64,000 nucleotides of DNA from Ignavibacteriaceae bacterium (GTDB taxonomy: Bacteria > Bacteroidota > Ignavibacteria > Ignavibacteriales > Ignavibacteriaceae): contig JACAFB010000041.1 in the NCBI GenBank assembly GCA_013388545.1, positions 2,543 to 66,542 of the forward strand, given 5' to 3'. The translations under genes and the position numbers were made by a program. This document shows positions 37,245 to 44,730 of the stretch, one piece after another (the first letter of the stretch is position 1; each line of letters opens with the position of its first letter). Below the pieces are notes generated by a model, which was given only the letters and a program-made list of their open reading frames with translations, ran no database searches and was not told the origin of the DNA.

Positions 37245-37886
37245 ATGGAAAAAAAAGTTCTCGATGCAAAAATAAGAACAATAACAACAAAAAAATCCAG
37301 GAATGATTTAAGAAGAAATGCCCGGATTCCCGGAGTATATTATTCGAAAAAAGATCAGCCGCTGGCAATTGATGTGGCAGAAAATTCTTTGAAACCCCTG
37401 GTGTTTACCTCTGAAACTCATTTGATTTCATTACAAATATCTGGTCAGGAAGAACGTGAGTGTATAATTAAAGATGTTCAGTTTGACCCTGTAACTGATG
37501 AAATTATTCATTTTGATCTTCTTGGGCTAATAAAAGGTGAAAAAATTAATATCGAAGTTCCGGTTCAATTAACAGGAAGTGCAATCGGTGTAAAAGAAGG
37601 CGGAGTATTACAGCATCAGATGCATAAGATTGAAATTTCTTGTCTTCCCAAAGACATTCCGGAACATATAACTGTTGATGTTACAGCTTTACGAATAGGC
37701 GACGCTATTCACATTAAAGATTTGAATTTCGAGAATATAACATTCGTGGATTCTCCTGATTCAATAATTGTATCAGTTACACATGCAAAAGTAGAGAAAG
37801 AACCGGTTACTACTGAAGCAGCTGAACAAGAACCTATAGAACCGGAAGTAATTGCTAAAGGTAAAGCTGAAAAAGAAGAAGAATAA
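37245..37886 (+). CDS. rplY: 50S ribosomal protein L25 / general stress protein Ctc
   Basis: 213 aa with an L25/Ctc N-terminal domain (RRNARIPGVYY...) and an acidic C-terminal tail. Sits between prs and pth. Confidence 0.9.
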   Translation: MEKKVLDAKIRTITTKKSRNDLRRNARIPGVYYSKKDQPLAIDVAENSLKPLVFTSETHLISLQISGQEERECIIKDVQFDPVTDEIIHFDLLGLIKGEKINIEVPVQLTGSAIGVKEGGVLQHQMHKIEISCLPKDIPEHITVDVTALRIGDAIHIKDLNFENITFVDSPDSIIVSVTHAKVEKEPVTTEAAEQEPIEPEVIAKGKAEKEEE

Positions 37887-37889
37887 TTC

Positions 37890-38462
37890 TTGCGAGCTAT
37901 TTTTGCTATTGGAAACAAAGGCAAACGTTATCAATTAAACCGGCACAATGCCGGTTTTCTGCTTCTCGATATGTTCTCTGCCAGTTTCAACTTCGAATTA
38001 CTGCCTGCAAAAGGGGATTACTATTTCTTTAAAAGCTCATCAAACAATAATCCATTTTTACTTATCAAACCTTCATGTTATGTTAATCAAAGCGGAGTAG
38101 TTGCCAGGCAGGTTATTGATCAATTTAGTATTGCTATAAATGATTTTTTAGTACTGGTAGATGACATAAACTTAAATCTAGGTCAGTTCAGAATCAGAAA
38201 ATCAGGGGGCGATGGTGGACATAATGGTTTGGCTTCAATAATATATGCCTTAGGCAGTAAAAATTTTCCAAGGGTAAGAATTGGTGTGGGCAAAGAATTT
38301 ACAAATGGGAGTATGGCTGAACACGTTCTTTCAAATTTTAACGAAATTGAAATAATTGAGCTAAAAAATACATTCATTCAACTCATCCCCATATTGGAGC
38401 AGTTCCTCATAGGTGGGATAGATGGAATGCTTGACTCTTATAGTAAATCGAAAAACGTCTAA
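37890..38462 (+). CDS. pth: aminoacyl-tRNA (peptidyl-tRNA) hydrolase
   Basis: RHNAGFLLLD, VDDINLNLGQFRIRKSGGDGGHNGL. TTG start. Confidence 0.92.
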   Translation: MRAIFAIGNKGKRYQLNRHNAGFLLLDMFSASFNFELLPAKGDYYFFKSSSNNNPFLLIKPSCYVNQSGVVARQVIDQFSIAINDFLVLVDDINLNLGQFRIRKSGGDGGHNGLASIIYALGSKNFPRVRIGVGKEFTNGSMAEHVLSNFNEIEIIELKNTFIQLIPILEQFLIGGIDGMLDSYSKSKNV

Positions 38463-38545
38463 TAATTATAAAAATTATAAATAGACCGGATTTATCTGAG
38501 CAAAAATTCTTTCAATTAATAATTAAAAGATTTATTAAATATTTT

Positions 38546-38576
38546 TTGCAAATACACAGTTATTTAGATAATTTTG
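38546..38576 (+). promoter_or_regulatory. putative promoter of rpsF-ssb-rpsR-rplI (TTGCAA-N17-TAATTTTG)
   Basis: TTGCAA at 38546-38551 and TAATTTTG at 38569-38576 (matches TAnnTTTG). A ~70-nt leader precedes GGAGG plus the GTG start. Confidence 0.45.
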
Positions 38577-38648
38577 CAGCCTAATTAACATAATTCTAAA
38601 CCCTGCTCTCAAATCAAGAGGGCCAGAAGTCCATAGGGAGGTGAAAAA

Positions 38649-39062
38649 GTGAAAATAAATACTTATGAAAGTATTGTTCTTATTAATGCAACTTTAGATG
38701 ATGAACAAATTAATCAGATAATAGACAGAATTAAAGAGTTCATCGTTACGAATGGAGGGGAAATAAAAGATGTAGAGAATTGGGGAAGAAAAAGATTAGC
38801 TTATACTGTCAATAAAAGTAAAATAGGTTATTATGCAATCTTTAGATTTACTGCCCCTTCTAACATAGTTTCTAAGTTAGAAAGAACCTACTTACTTGAC
38901 GAATACGTACTTCGTCATCTCACCATAAAGCTTTCTCCTGAAGCCATAGAATATCTAGACAAGAAAAAGCTTCAAACTCAGGTTGATACAGATTTGAGTG
39001 ATCTTCAGGAAGAGAGTCCAGAAAATTTGGAAATAATTGATTTAACAAAGGAAGATGAGTAA
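38649..39062 (+). CDS. rpsF: 30S ribosomal protein S6
   Basis: YESIVLINA...WGRKRLAY.....GYY with an acidic tail. GGAGG precedes the GTG start. Confidence 0.95.
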   Translation: MKINTYESIVLINATLDDEQINQIIDRIKEFIVTNGGEIKDVENWGRKRLAYTVNKSKIGYYAIFRFTAPSNIVSKLERTYLLDEYVLRHLTIKLSPEAIEYLDKKKLQTQVDTDLSDLQEESPENLEIIDLTKEDE

Positions 39063-39102
39063 CAAATTAAATTTTATTGATATAGTAACGGAGGATTGAA
39101 TA

Positions 39103-39591
39103 ATGGCTGAATTGAAAATGCCTGAAATAAATTATGTAATTGTAGCAGGAAATCTTACAAAGGATCCCGTTTTTAGGGAGACAACGAATCACACACCCGT
39201 GGTTAACTTTTCAGTTGCCTCAAACAGAAAATACAAAGACAGTTCGAATCAGTGGCAAGAGGATGTTTGTTATGTTGGAATAGTTGCCTGGAATAAGCTT
39301 GCAGAAAGCTGCCGGGAGAGACTAAGAAAGGGTTCTGCCGTGCTTGTTGATGGTGAACTTCAAAGCCGCACCTGGAAATCTGATGATGGACACAATCGCA
39401 GTATTGTCGAAATAAAAGCACGAAGAATTCAATTTCTTAATAAAAGAGGCAAACTTACCGATGTAGACAACGGAATGAATGGAGACGAAGATGAACTTAG
39501 CGTGATTTCTGAGGATGATCAGTCTGGTGACTATACTGATGATTCTTTCGATAAATTTTTATCAAGTGAAGAATCTGATTTAATCAAATAA
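39103..39591 (+). CDS. ssb: single-stranded DNA-binding protein
   Basis: OB fold [18 protein letters not shown]......FSVA, in the rpsF-ssb-rpsR context. Acidic tail, but ends ...EESDLIK. Confidence 0.92.
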   Translation: MAELKMPEINYVIVAGNLTKDPVFRETTNHTPVVNFSVASNRKYKDSSNQWQEDVCYVGIVAWNKLAESCRERLRKGSAVLVDGELQSRTWKSDDGHNRSIVEIKARRIQFLNKRGKLTDVDNGMNGDEDELSVISEDDQSGDYTDDSFDKFLSSEESDLIK

Positions 39592-39604
39592 TAAAGTATA
39601 TAAT

Positions 39605-39835
39605 ATGAAAAAAGAAATAAAAGCAAAAAAAATCTGCAGGTTTACGCAGAATAAGATTACATATATTGATTTTAAGGATGTTAAACTCCTTCAAAAATTT
39701 ATTACTGAACAGGGAAGAATTATCCCGAAAAGGATAACCGGTACTAGTTCTAAATATCAGCGTCAGTTATCGATTGCGATAAAAAGAGCAAGACATATGG
39801 CTCTGCTTCCTTTTGTTTCAGATACTGTTAAGTAG
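39605..39835 (+). CDS. rpsR: 30S ribosomal protein S18
   Basis: [51 protein letters not shown]. Confidence 0.96.
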   Translation: MKKEIKAKKICRFTQNKITYIDFKDVKLLQKFITEQGRIIPKRITGTSSKYQRQLSIAIKRARHMALLPFVSDTVK

Positions 39836-39854
39836 AAAATATTAGGAGACAATA

Positions 39855-40298
39855 ATGAAAGTTATATTAAGGCAGAACTTTGAAGGTCTTGGTAAAATTG
39901 GAGACACTATTGAAGTTAAAGATGGGTATGCCTTCAATTACCTTATCCCCCGAAAAATTGCCTACCTGGCTTCAAAGGGTAACCTAAGCGCTCTGGAAGA
40001 AGAAAAGAAGAATGTAGTTCGCAAACTTGAACAGGAACATAAGGAAGCCGAATTGTTGGCAGCAGAGTTAGAAAAAGTTTCGGTTACAATCCCGGTTCGG
40101 GTCGGTGAGGAGGATAAAATATTTGGCTCTGTTACAACGCAAATGATAGTTGATGCATTGAAAGAAAAGAATTATGACATCGATAAAAGAAAGATTGAAA
40201 TTGATGAACCAATTAAGTCTCTTGGGATTTATGGAATAACTATTAAGCTTCATCCAAACGTAAGTACCAAGATTAAAGTATGGGTTGTCAGAGAGTAA
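39855..40298 (+). CDS. rplI: 50S ribosomal protein L9
   Basis: MKVILRQNFEGLGKIGDTIEVKDGYAFNYLIPRKIA. Confidence 0.96.
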   Translation: MKVILRQNFEGLGKIGDTIEVKDGYAFNYLIPRKIAYLASKGNLSALEEEKKNVVRKLEQEHKEAELLAAELEKVSVTIPVRVGEEDKIFGSVTTQMIVDALKEKNYDIDKRKIEIDEPIKSLGIYGITIKLHPNVSTKIKVWVVRE

Positions 40299-40312
40299 TA
40301 TTATTAGTGCTC

Positions 40313-40346
40313 AAAAAAAAAGGAAAGCAGCTGCTTTCCTTTTTTA
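40313..40346. terminator. bidirectional intrinsic terminator between rplI and rpmB
   Basis: A8 run, then the perfect palindrome AGGAAAGCAG/CTGCTTTCCT (40321-40340), then a T5 run. Confidence 0.8.
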
Positions 40347-40364
40347 CTTTTAAAACTTATTGAA

Positions 40365-40604
40365 TTAATGAACCTTAATCTTTTTTTCCTGTATCATCCT
40401 TGCTATTTCAGAAGTGCCATTTTTTGAGATAGTTTTTAAGGCTCTTGCTGAAAGCTTTAGTGTTACAAATCTGTTCAGTTCCTGAATCCAAATACGTTTT
40501 TTCTGTAAATTTGGTAAAAATCTACGTTTCGTCCGGTTATGAGAATGCGAAACATTGTTCCCAGTTAGAGGTTTCTTCCCGGTCATTTGACAGGTTCTTG
40601 CCAT
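40365..40604 (-). CDS. rpmB: 50S ribosomal protein L28
   Basis: MARTCQMTGKKPLTGNNVSHSHNRTKRRFLPNLQKKR. Confidence 0.96.
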   Translation of the reverse strand: MARTCQMTGKKPLTGNNVSHSHNRTKRRFLPNLQKKRIWIQELNRFVTLKLSARALKTISKNGTSEIARMIQEKKIKVH

Positions 40605-40807
40605 TTAAATCTCCTTATGAATTACTTCGTTTCTTTTTTTGAGCGTCAAATATATGAAACTTTCTCTGAAAAACTAAATATTTATTTTCAATAATAATTA
40701 AGCAATAAAACCTCTTTTTTCATTATTTTTAAAAGAAATTTTGAATATAAAAATCCAATCGTTGTTATTAAATAATTTGTGACTAACAAATAGTTTTCGA
40801 GATAAAC

Positions 40808-41419
40808 ATGGAATATTACGAAATTCACCCCATCAATCCTCAAATAAGATTTATTAACAAAGCAGTCGAAGTCTTAAAATCCGGCGGAGTTATAATATAC
40901 CCCACTGATACTGTTTACGGAATTGGGTGCGACATATTTAGTAAAGAAGCATTGGAAAGAGTATTCTCAATAAAAAGCGATAGTAATCAAAAACTTTTTA
41001 GCTTTGTATGTTCTGACCTTAAAGATATTTCCCGATACGCTGTAGTATCCGACTTTGCTTACAAAACTATGAAAAAGCTTTTGCCCGGCCCATATACTTT
41101 TATTTTACCAGCAGCAAAATTGGTTCCTAAAAAACTTTGGACAAAGAGAAAGACAGTTGGTATAAGAATTCCAGATCATCCTGTTGCATTGAAATTAGTT
41201 GAATTACTCGGCAATCCAATTATCAGCACCAGCGCATCGAATCGAAAGGGTGAAGTTTTATTTGACCCTATTGAGATAAAAAGTGTTCTTGGTTCTCAAA
41301 TTGATTTAATGCTTGTTTCAGGTAATCTTACCGGTAAACCTTCTTCTATAGTTGATCTTAGCACTGAAAAACCTGAAATTGTCAGAGAAGGTGCCGGTGA
41401 TATTAGTTATTTTCTTTAG
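40808..41419 (+). CDS. tsaC: L-threonylcarbamoyladenylate synthase (YrdC/TsaC family)
   Basis: 203 aa with IIYPTDTVYGIGCD, PGPYTFIL, VGIRIPDHP and ISTSAN. Confidence 0.88.
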   Translation: MEYYEIHPINPQIRFINKAVEVLKSGGVIIYPTDTVYGIGCDIFSKEALERVFSIKSDSNQKLFSFVCSDLKDISRYAVVSDFAYKTMKKLLPGPYTFILPAAKLVPKKLWTKRKTVGIRIPDHPVALKLVELLGNPIISTSASNRKGEVLFDPIEIKSVLGSQIDLMLVSGNLTGKPSSIVDLSTEKPEIVREGAGDISYFL

Positions 41420-41450
41420 AATCTGAATTATTATTTTGGCTTGTAAAATT

Positions 41451-42230
41451 CTAGCTCATTGTTTTTCTGTGGATTTGAGTTGAAGATGCCTGACATAAAG
41501 GTGTAATTATGATCTGGTTTATATTAACGTTTGGTGGTTGAGTCGCGCAAAACAATACGGCATTTGAAACATCTTCAGGGGAAAGGGGCGATATTCCTTC
41601 GTAAACTTTTTTGGCTCTTTCTGTATCTCCGGAAAATCTGACTATGCTGAATTCTGTTTCGACCATTCCCGGATCAACGCTGCTTACCCGGATACCTTTA
41701 TCCAGTACATCGAGACGGATTGATTGAGTGAGAGCTTTTACCGCAAATTTAGTTGCAGCGTAGACATTTCCATAGGTATAAGTCTCGTGTCCTGCAGTTG
41801 AACCAATGTTTATTATGTGTCCCTTCTCATTCTTTATCATAAGGTTTAATACTTCACGACTGACATGAATTAGACCTCTTATATTTGTGTCAATCATTTC
41901 ATCCCATTGATTTACGTCTCCCTCAAATAATTTTGAAAAACCTCTTGCTAAACCGGCATTATTAACAAGAATATCGATTTTTTCCCATTCCTCAGGCAAT
42001 GACGAAAAAGCGTTTTGCACTTGTTCGTAATTTCTTACATCAAGCTTCATTTTGAAAACTTTAATACCGTATTTATCAATTAGCTCTTGACTGATTCTTT
42101 CAATTCTTTCATATCTTCTGGCGCATAAAATTAAATTGGCTTTTTCTTTTGCGAATGTAAAGGCACACGCCTTGCCAATTCCTGAAGAAGCGCCTGTGAT
42201 TAAAACAATTTTATCCTTAAGTGATTCCAT
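41451..42230 (-). CDS. SDR-family NADP-dependent oxidoreductase (YdfG-like)
   Basis: TGASSGIGKA, NNAG, S...YAATK catalytic motif. Confidence 0.85.
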   Translation of the reverse strand: MESLKDKIVLITGASSGIGKACAFTFAKEKANLILCARRYERIERISQELIDKYGIKVFKMKLDVRNYEQVQNAFSSLPEEWEKIDILVNNAGLARGFSKLFEGDVNQWDEMIDTNIRGLIHVSREVLNLMIKNEKGHIINIGSTAGHETYTYGNVYAATKFAVKALTQSIRLDVLDKGIRVSSVDPGMVETEFSIVRFSGDTERAKKVYEGISPLSPEDVSNAVLFCATQPPNVNINQIIITPLCQASSTQIHRKTMS

Positions 42231-42259
42231 ATTGGTTTAATAAGTAAGTGAAAAAATGT

Positions 42260-43291
42260 TTATTTAAAAATTCCCGGAATTTTTGATTTGCATTTCGGAC
42301 AGAGATTCCTATCCATCTTATAAGCCACAACGTCGTGCCATTCACGATTGATAAGAATAGAATTGCAGTTATGACATCTGGTTGTTTGACCTTCGGGGTC
42401 GTGAACATTCCCTGTGTAACAATATTTTATTCCAATTTCCTGAGCGGTTCTTCTTGCCCTCGATAAAGTTGATGCCGGGGTTCGTTCCTTGTCTCGCATT
42501 CGGAAGTCAGGATGAAATGCCGTGAAATGAAGCGGTACATACTCGTCAAGATTATTAAGAATCCAATCACATTCCTGCTTGATCTCTTCATCCGAATCAT
42601 TCTCACCGGGAATAAGCAAAGTAGTTAATTCAATCCATACGTCTGTTTCTTTCTTTAACCAAATTAAGGTGTCAAGTACGTCTTTCAAATGCGAAGAAGT
42701 AAGTTTGAAATAAAACCTTTCTGTAAAAGCTTTCAGATCTACATTCGCAGCATCGATGAATTGATAAACTTCTTTGCGTGCATCTTTATCAATATAACCG
42801 GCAGTAACCATTACATTTTTGATTCCGGCCTGACGTGCCAATCTGGAAATATCAATGACATACTCACCAAAAATTGTCGGATCGTTATATGTATATGCAA
42901 TTGATGGTGAATGATATTTTTTTGCCAGCAGAACAACTTCTTCAGGAGTAGCATCCAGTGAGTTTAATTCATCCATTTTTGCTTTACTGATCGACCAGTT
43001 TTGGCAAAACTTACATCCAAGATTACAACCTGCAGTTCCAAAACTCAGCACTTTAGAACCAGGCAGAAAATGATTTAATGGTTTTTTTTCAATTGGATCA
43101 ATTGCGAATCCTGTGGGGTGCCCGTATCCTATACTAAAAAGTTCCCCGTTAATATTTTTCCTGATAAAGCAAAATCCATTTTGGTTTTCGCCAATTTCAC
43201 AATACCGTGGACAAAGTGTGCAAAGCACTTTTTTATCAGGAAGAGGCTTCCACCAACTAGCAGCTTTCATATTTTTATTTGATAACCTCAT
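42260..43291 (-). CDS. amrS: AmmeMemoRadiSam-system radical SAM enzyme
   Basis: N-terminal CTLCPRYCEI...GFCFIR, DPIEKKPLNHFLPGS, radical SAM cluster GCNLGCKFCQNW, and a C-terminal zinc-ribbon CHNC...CPKC. Confidence 0.8.
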   Translation of the reverse strand: MRLSNKNMKAASWWKPLPDKKVLCTLCPRYCEIGENQNGFCFIRKNINGELFSIGYGHPTGFAIDPIEKKPLNHFLPGSKVLSFGTAGCNLGCKFCQNWSISKAKMDELNSLDATPEEVVLLAKKYHSPSIAYTYNDPTIFGEYVIDISRLARQAGIKNVMVTAGYIDKDARKEVYQFIDAANVDLKAFTERFYFKLTSSHLKDVLDTLIWLKKETDVWIELTTLLIPGENDSDEEIKQECDWILNNLDEYVPLHFTAFHPDFRMRDKERTPASTLSRARRTAQEIGIKYCYTGNVHDPEGQTTRCHNCNSILINREWHDVVAYKMDRNLCPKCKSKIPGIFK

Positions 43292-44730
43292 TCGATAGAA
43301 TCAAACTTTATCCAGTTAAAGCGGCTTTTTTCAGAATAAGGAGCTCCGGCAGTAAATAAAATTATTTCGCCTTTGTTTACAAGCCCGAGTTTTTCAATCA
43401 GTTGTTTGGCTTCGTCAATTGCAATATGTTCCTTATCGATTTCTTTTTGGTATACAGAAGTAACTCCCCATTGTAAACAAAGCTTATTCATAGTATCGAA
43501 GCTGTTTGAAATTGCTATAATCTTTGCATCTGGTCTGAATTTAGCTATATTTTTTGCAGATCTTCCTTCGTATGTAAAGACTACGATGGCAGCCGCACGA
43601 ACCTGCTGACTCATAGAAACAATTCCTCTTCCAACAGCATCAAAAAGATTCTCTTCAATATTTTGAGGAATCTGAAATTTATGTTCACAGGAAATTTCGA
43701 TATGCTGCTCGCTATTTAAAAGAATGTCATTCATTATCCGCACAGCATCAAAAGGATGTTGACCGACTGATGTTTCTCCGCTGAGCATCACTACATCCGT
43801 ACCATCCCACACGGCATTTGCAACATCCGAAGCTTCTGCTCTTGTTGGAACAGGATTATTTATCATACTTTCAAGCATTTGCGTTGCGGTTATCACAAGC
43901 TTACCTATTGCATTACATTTCTTTATAATAGTTTTTTGAAGTGCCGGAACTTCCTGTGGAGGCATTTCAACTCCAAGATCGCCCCTTGCAATCATAATAC
44001 CATCTGAGACCTTTAATATTTCATCAAAATTTTCCAGAGCCTCCGGTTTTTCTATTTTAGCTATTATCGACTTCTTGAATCCTTTTTCCTTAAGCCACTC
44101 CCGAAGTTTAATAATATCTGAAGCCGATCTTACGAAAGACAATGCAACATATTCAACTCTGTTCTTAAGTGCAAACTCAAGATCACGAAAGTCTTTTTCT
44201 GTAACCGAAGGGGTTGAAAGTTTCATCCCCGGAAGGTTCATTCCCTTTCTGGGTTTTAAAGTTCCTCCTTCTGAAATTAAGCATATTAATGATTTTTGTG
44301 TTTTATCCTTAACCTGCAGTTTAATCAACCCGTCGTTAATAAGAATTGTATCGCCAATAGAAGCGTCATTTACTAATTGTTTATATGAAGTTGAAATGAT
44401 TTTTTCAGTTCCGATGATATCTTCAATACTAATTTCTAATAATGAGCCGGTTTTTATTTCTATTTCGGGTTTAGCCAGTTCGCCGATTCTTATTTTAGGG
44501 CCCTGGAGATCAACAAGTATTGCAAGCGATGTGTTCTCCTCAACACAAACTGTGTGAATATTGTTAAAAAGGGTTTGAAAGAAATCATGATTTCCGTGAG
44601 ATAGATTCAATCTTACTCCGTCAATTCCGGTTCGCACTAATTTGCGAATGCTTTCAATCGAAGCTGTAGAAGGACCAAGAGTACAGAGGATTTTGGTTTT
44701 TGCAAAATTTTTAATTCTTGTCTCAGTCAT
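43288..44730 (-). CDS. pyk: pyruvate kinase
   Basis: TKILCTLGPS, GVRLNLSHG, IIAKIE, MIARGDLGVEMP, MLSGETS. Confidence 0.95.
   Translation of the reverse strand: MTETRIKNFAKTKILCTLGPSTASIESIRKLVRTGIDGVRLNLSHGNHDFFQTLFNNIHTVCVEENTSLAILVDLQGPKIRIGELAKPEIEIKTGSLLEISIEDIIGTEKIISTSYKQLVNDASIGDTILINDGLIKLQVKDKTQKSLICLISEGGTLKPRKGMNLPGMKLSTPSVTEKDFRDLEFALKNRVEYVALSFVRSASDIIKLREWLKEKGFKKSIIAKIEKPEALENFDEILKVSDGIMIARGDLGVEMPPQEVPALQKTIIKKCNAIGKLVITATQMLESMINNPVPTRAEASDVANAVWDGTDVVMLSGETSVGQHPFDAVRIMNDILLNSEQHIEISCEHKFQIPQNIEENLFDAVGRGIVSMSQQVRAAAIVVFTYEGRSAKNIAKFRPDAKIIAISNSFDTMNKLCLQWGVTSVYQKEIDKEHIAIDEAKQLIEKLGLVNKGEIILFTAGAPYSEKSRFNWIKFDSIE

Noticed and set aside
38577-38648. A possible structured S6:S18-binding leader RNA upstream of rpsF.
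   Set aside because: Such leaders are known in other phyla. By eye I could only fold a 4-bp CTCT/AGAG stem, which is insufficient support. It needs a covariance-model search.
40647-40654. TATATTTG (minus strand), matching TAnnTTTG, 43 nt upstream of rpmB, as a promoter.
   Set aside because: No acceptable -35 (TTGACA- or TTTG-like) at the right distance on that strand. Kept out of the feature list as a single-hexamer match in AT-rich DNA.
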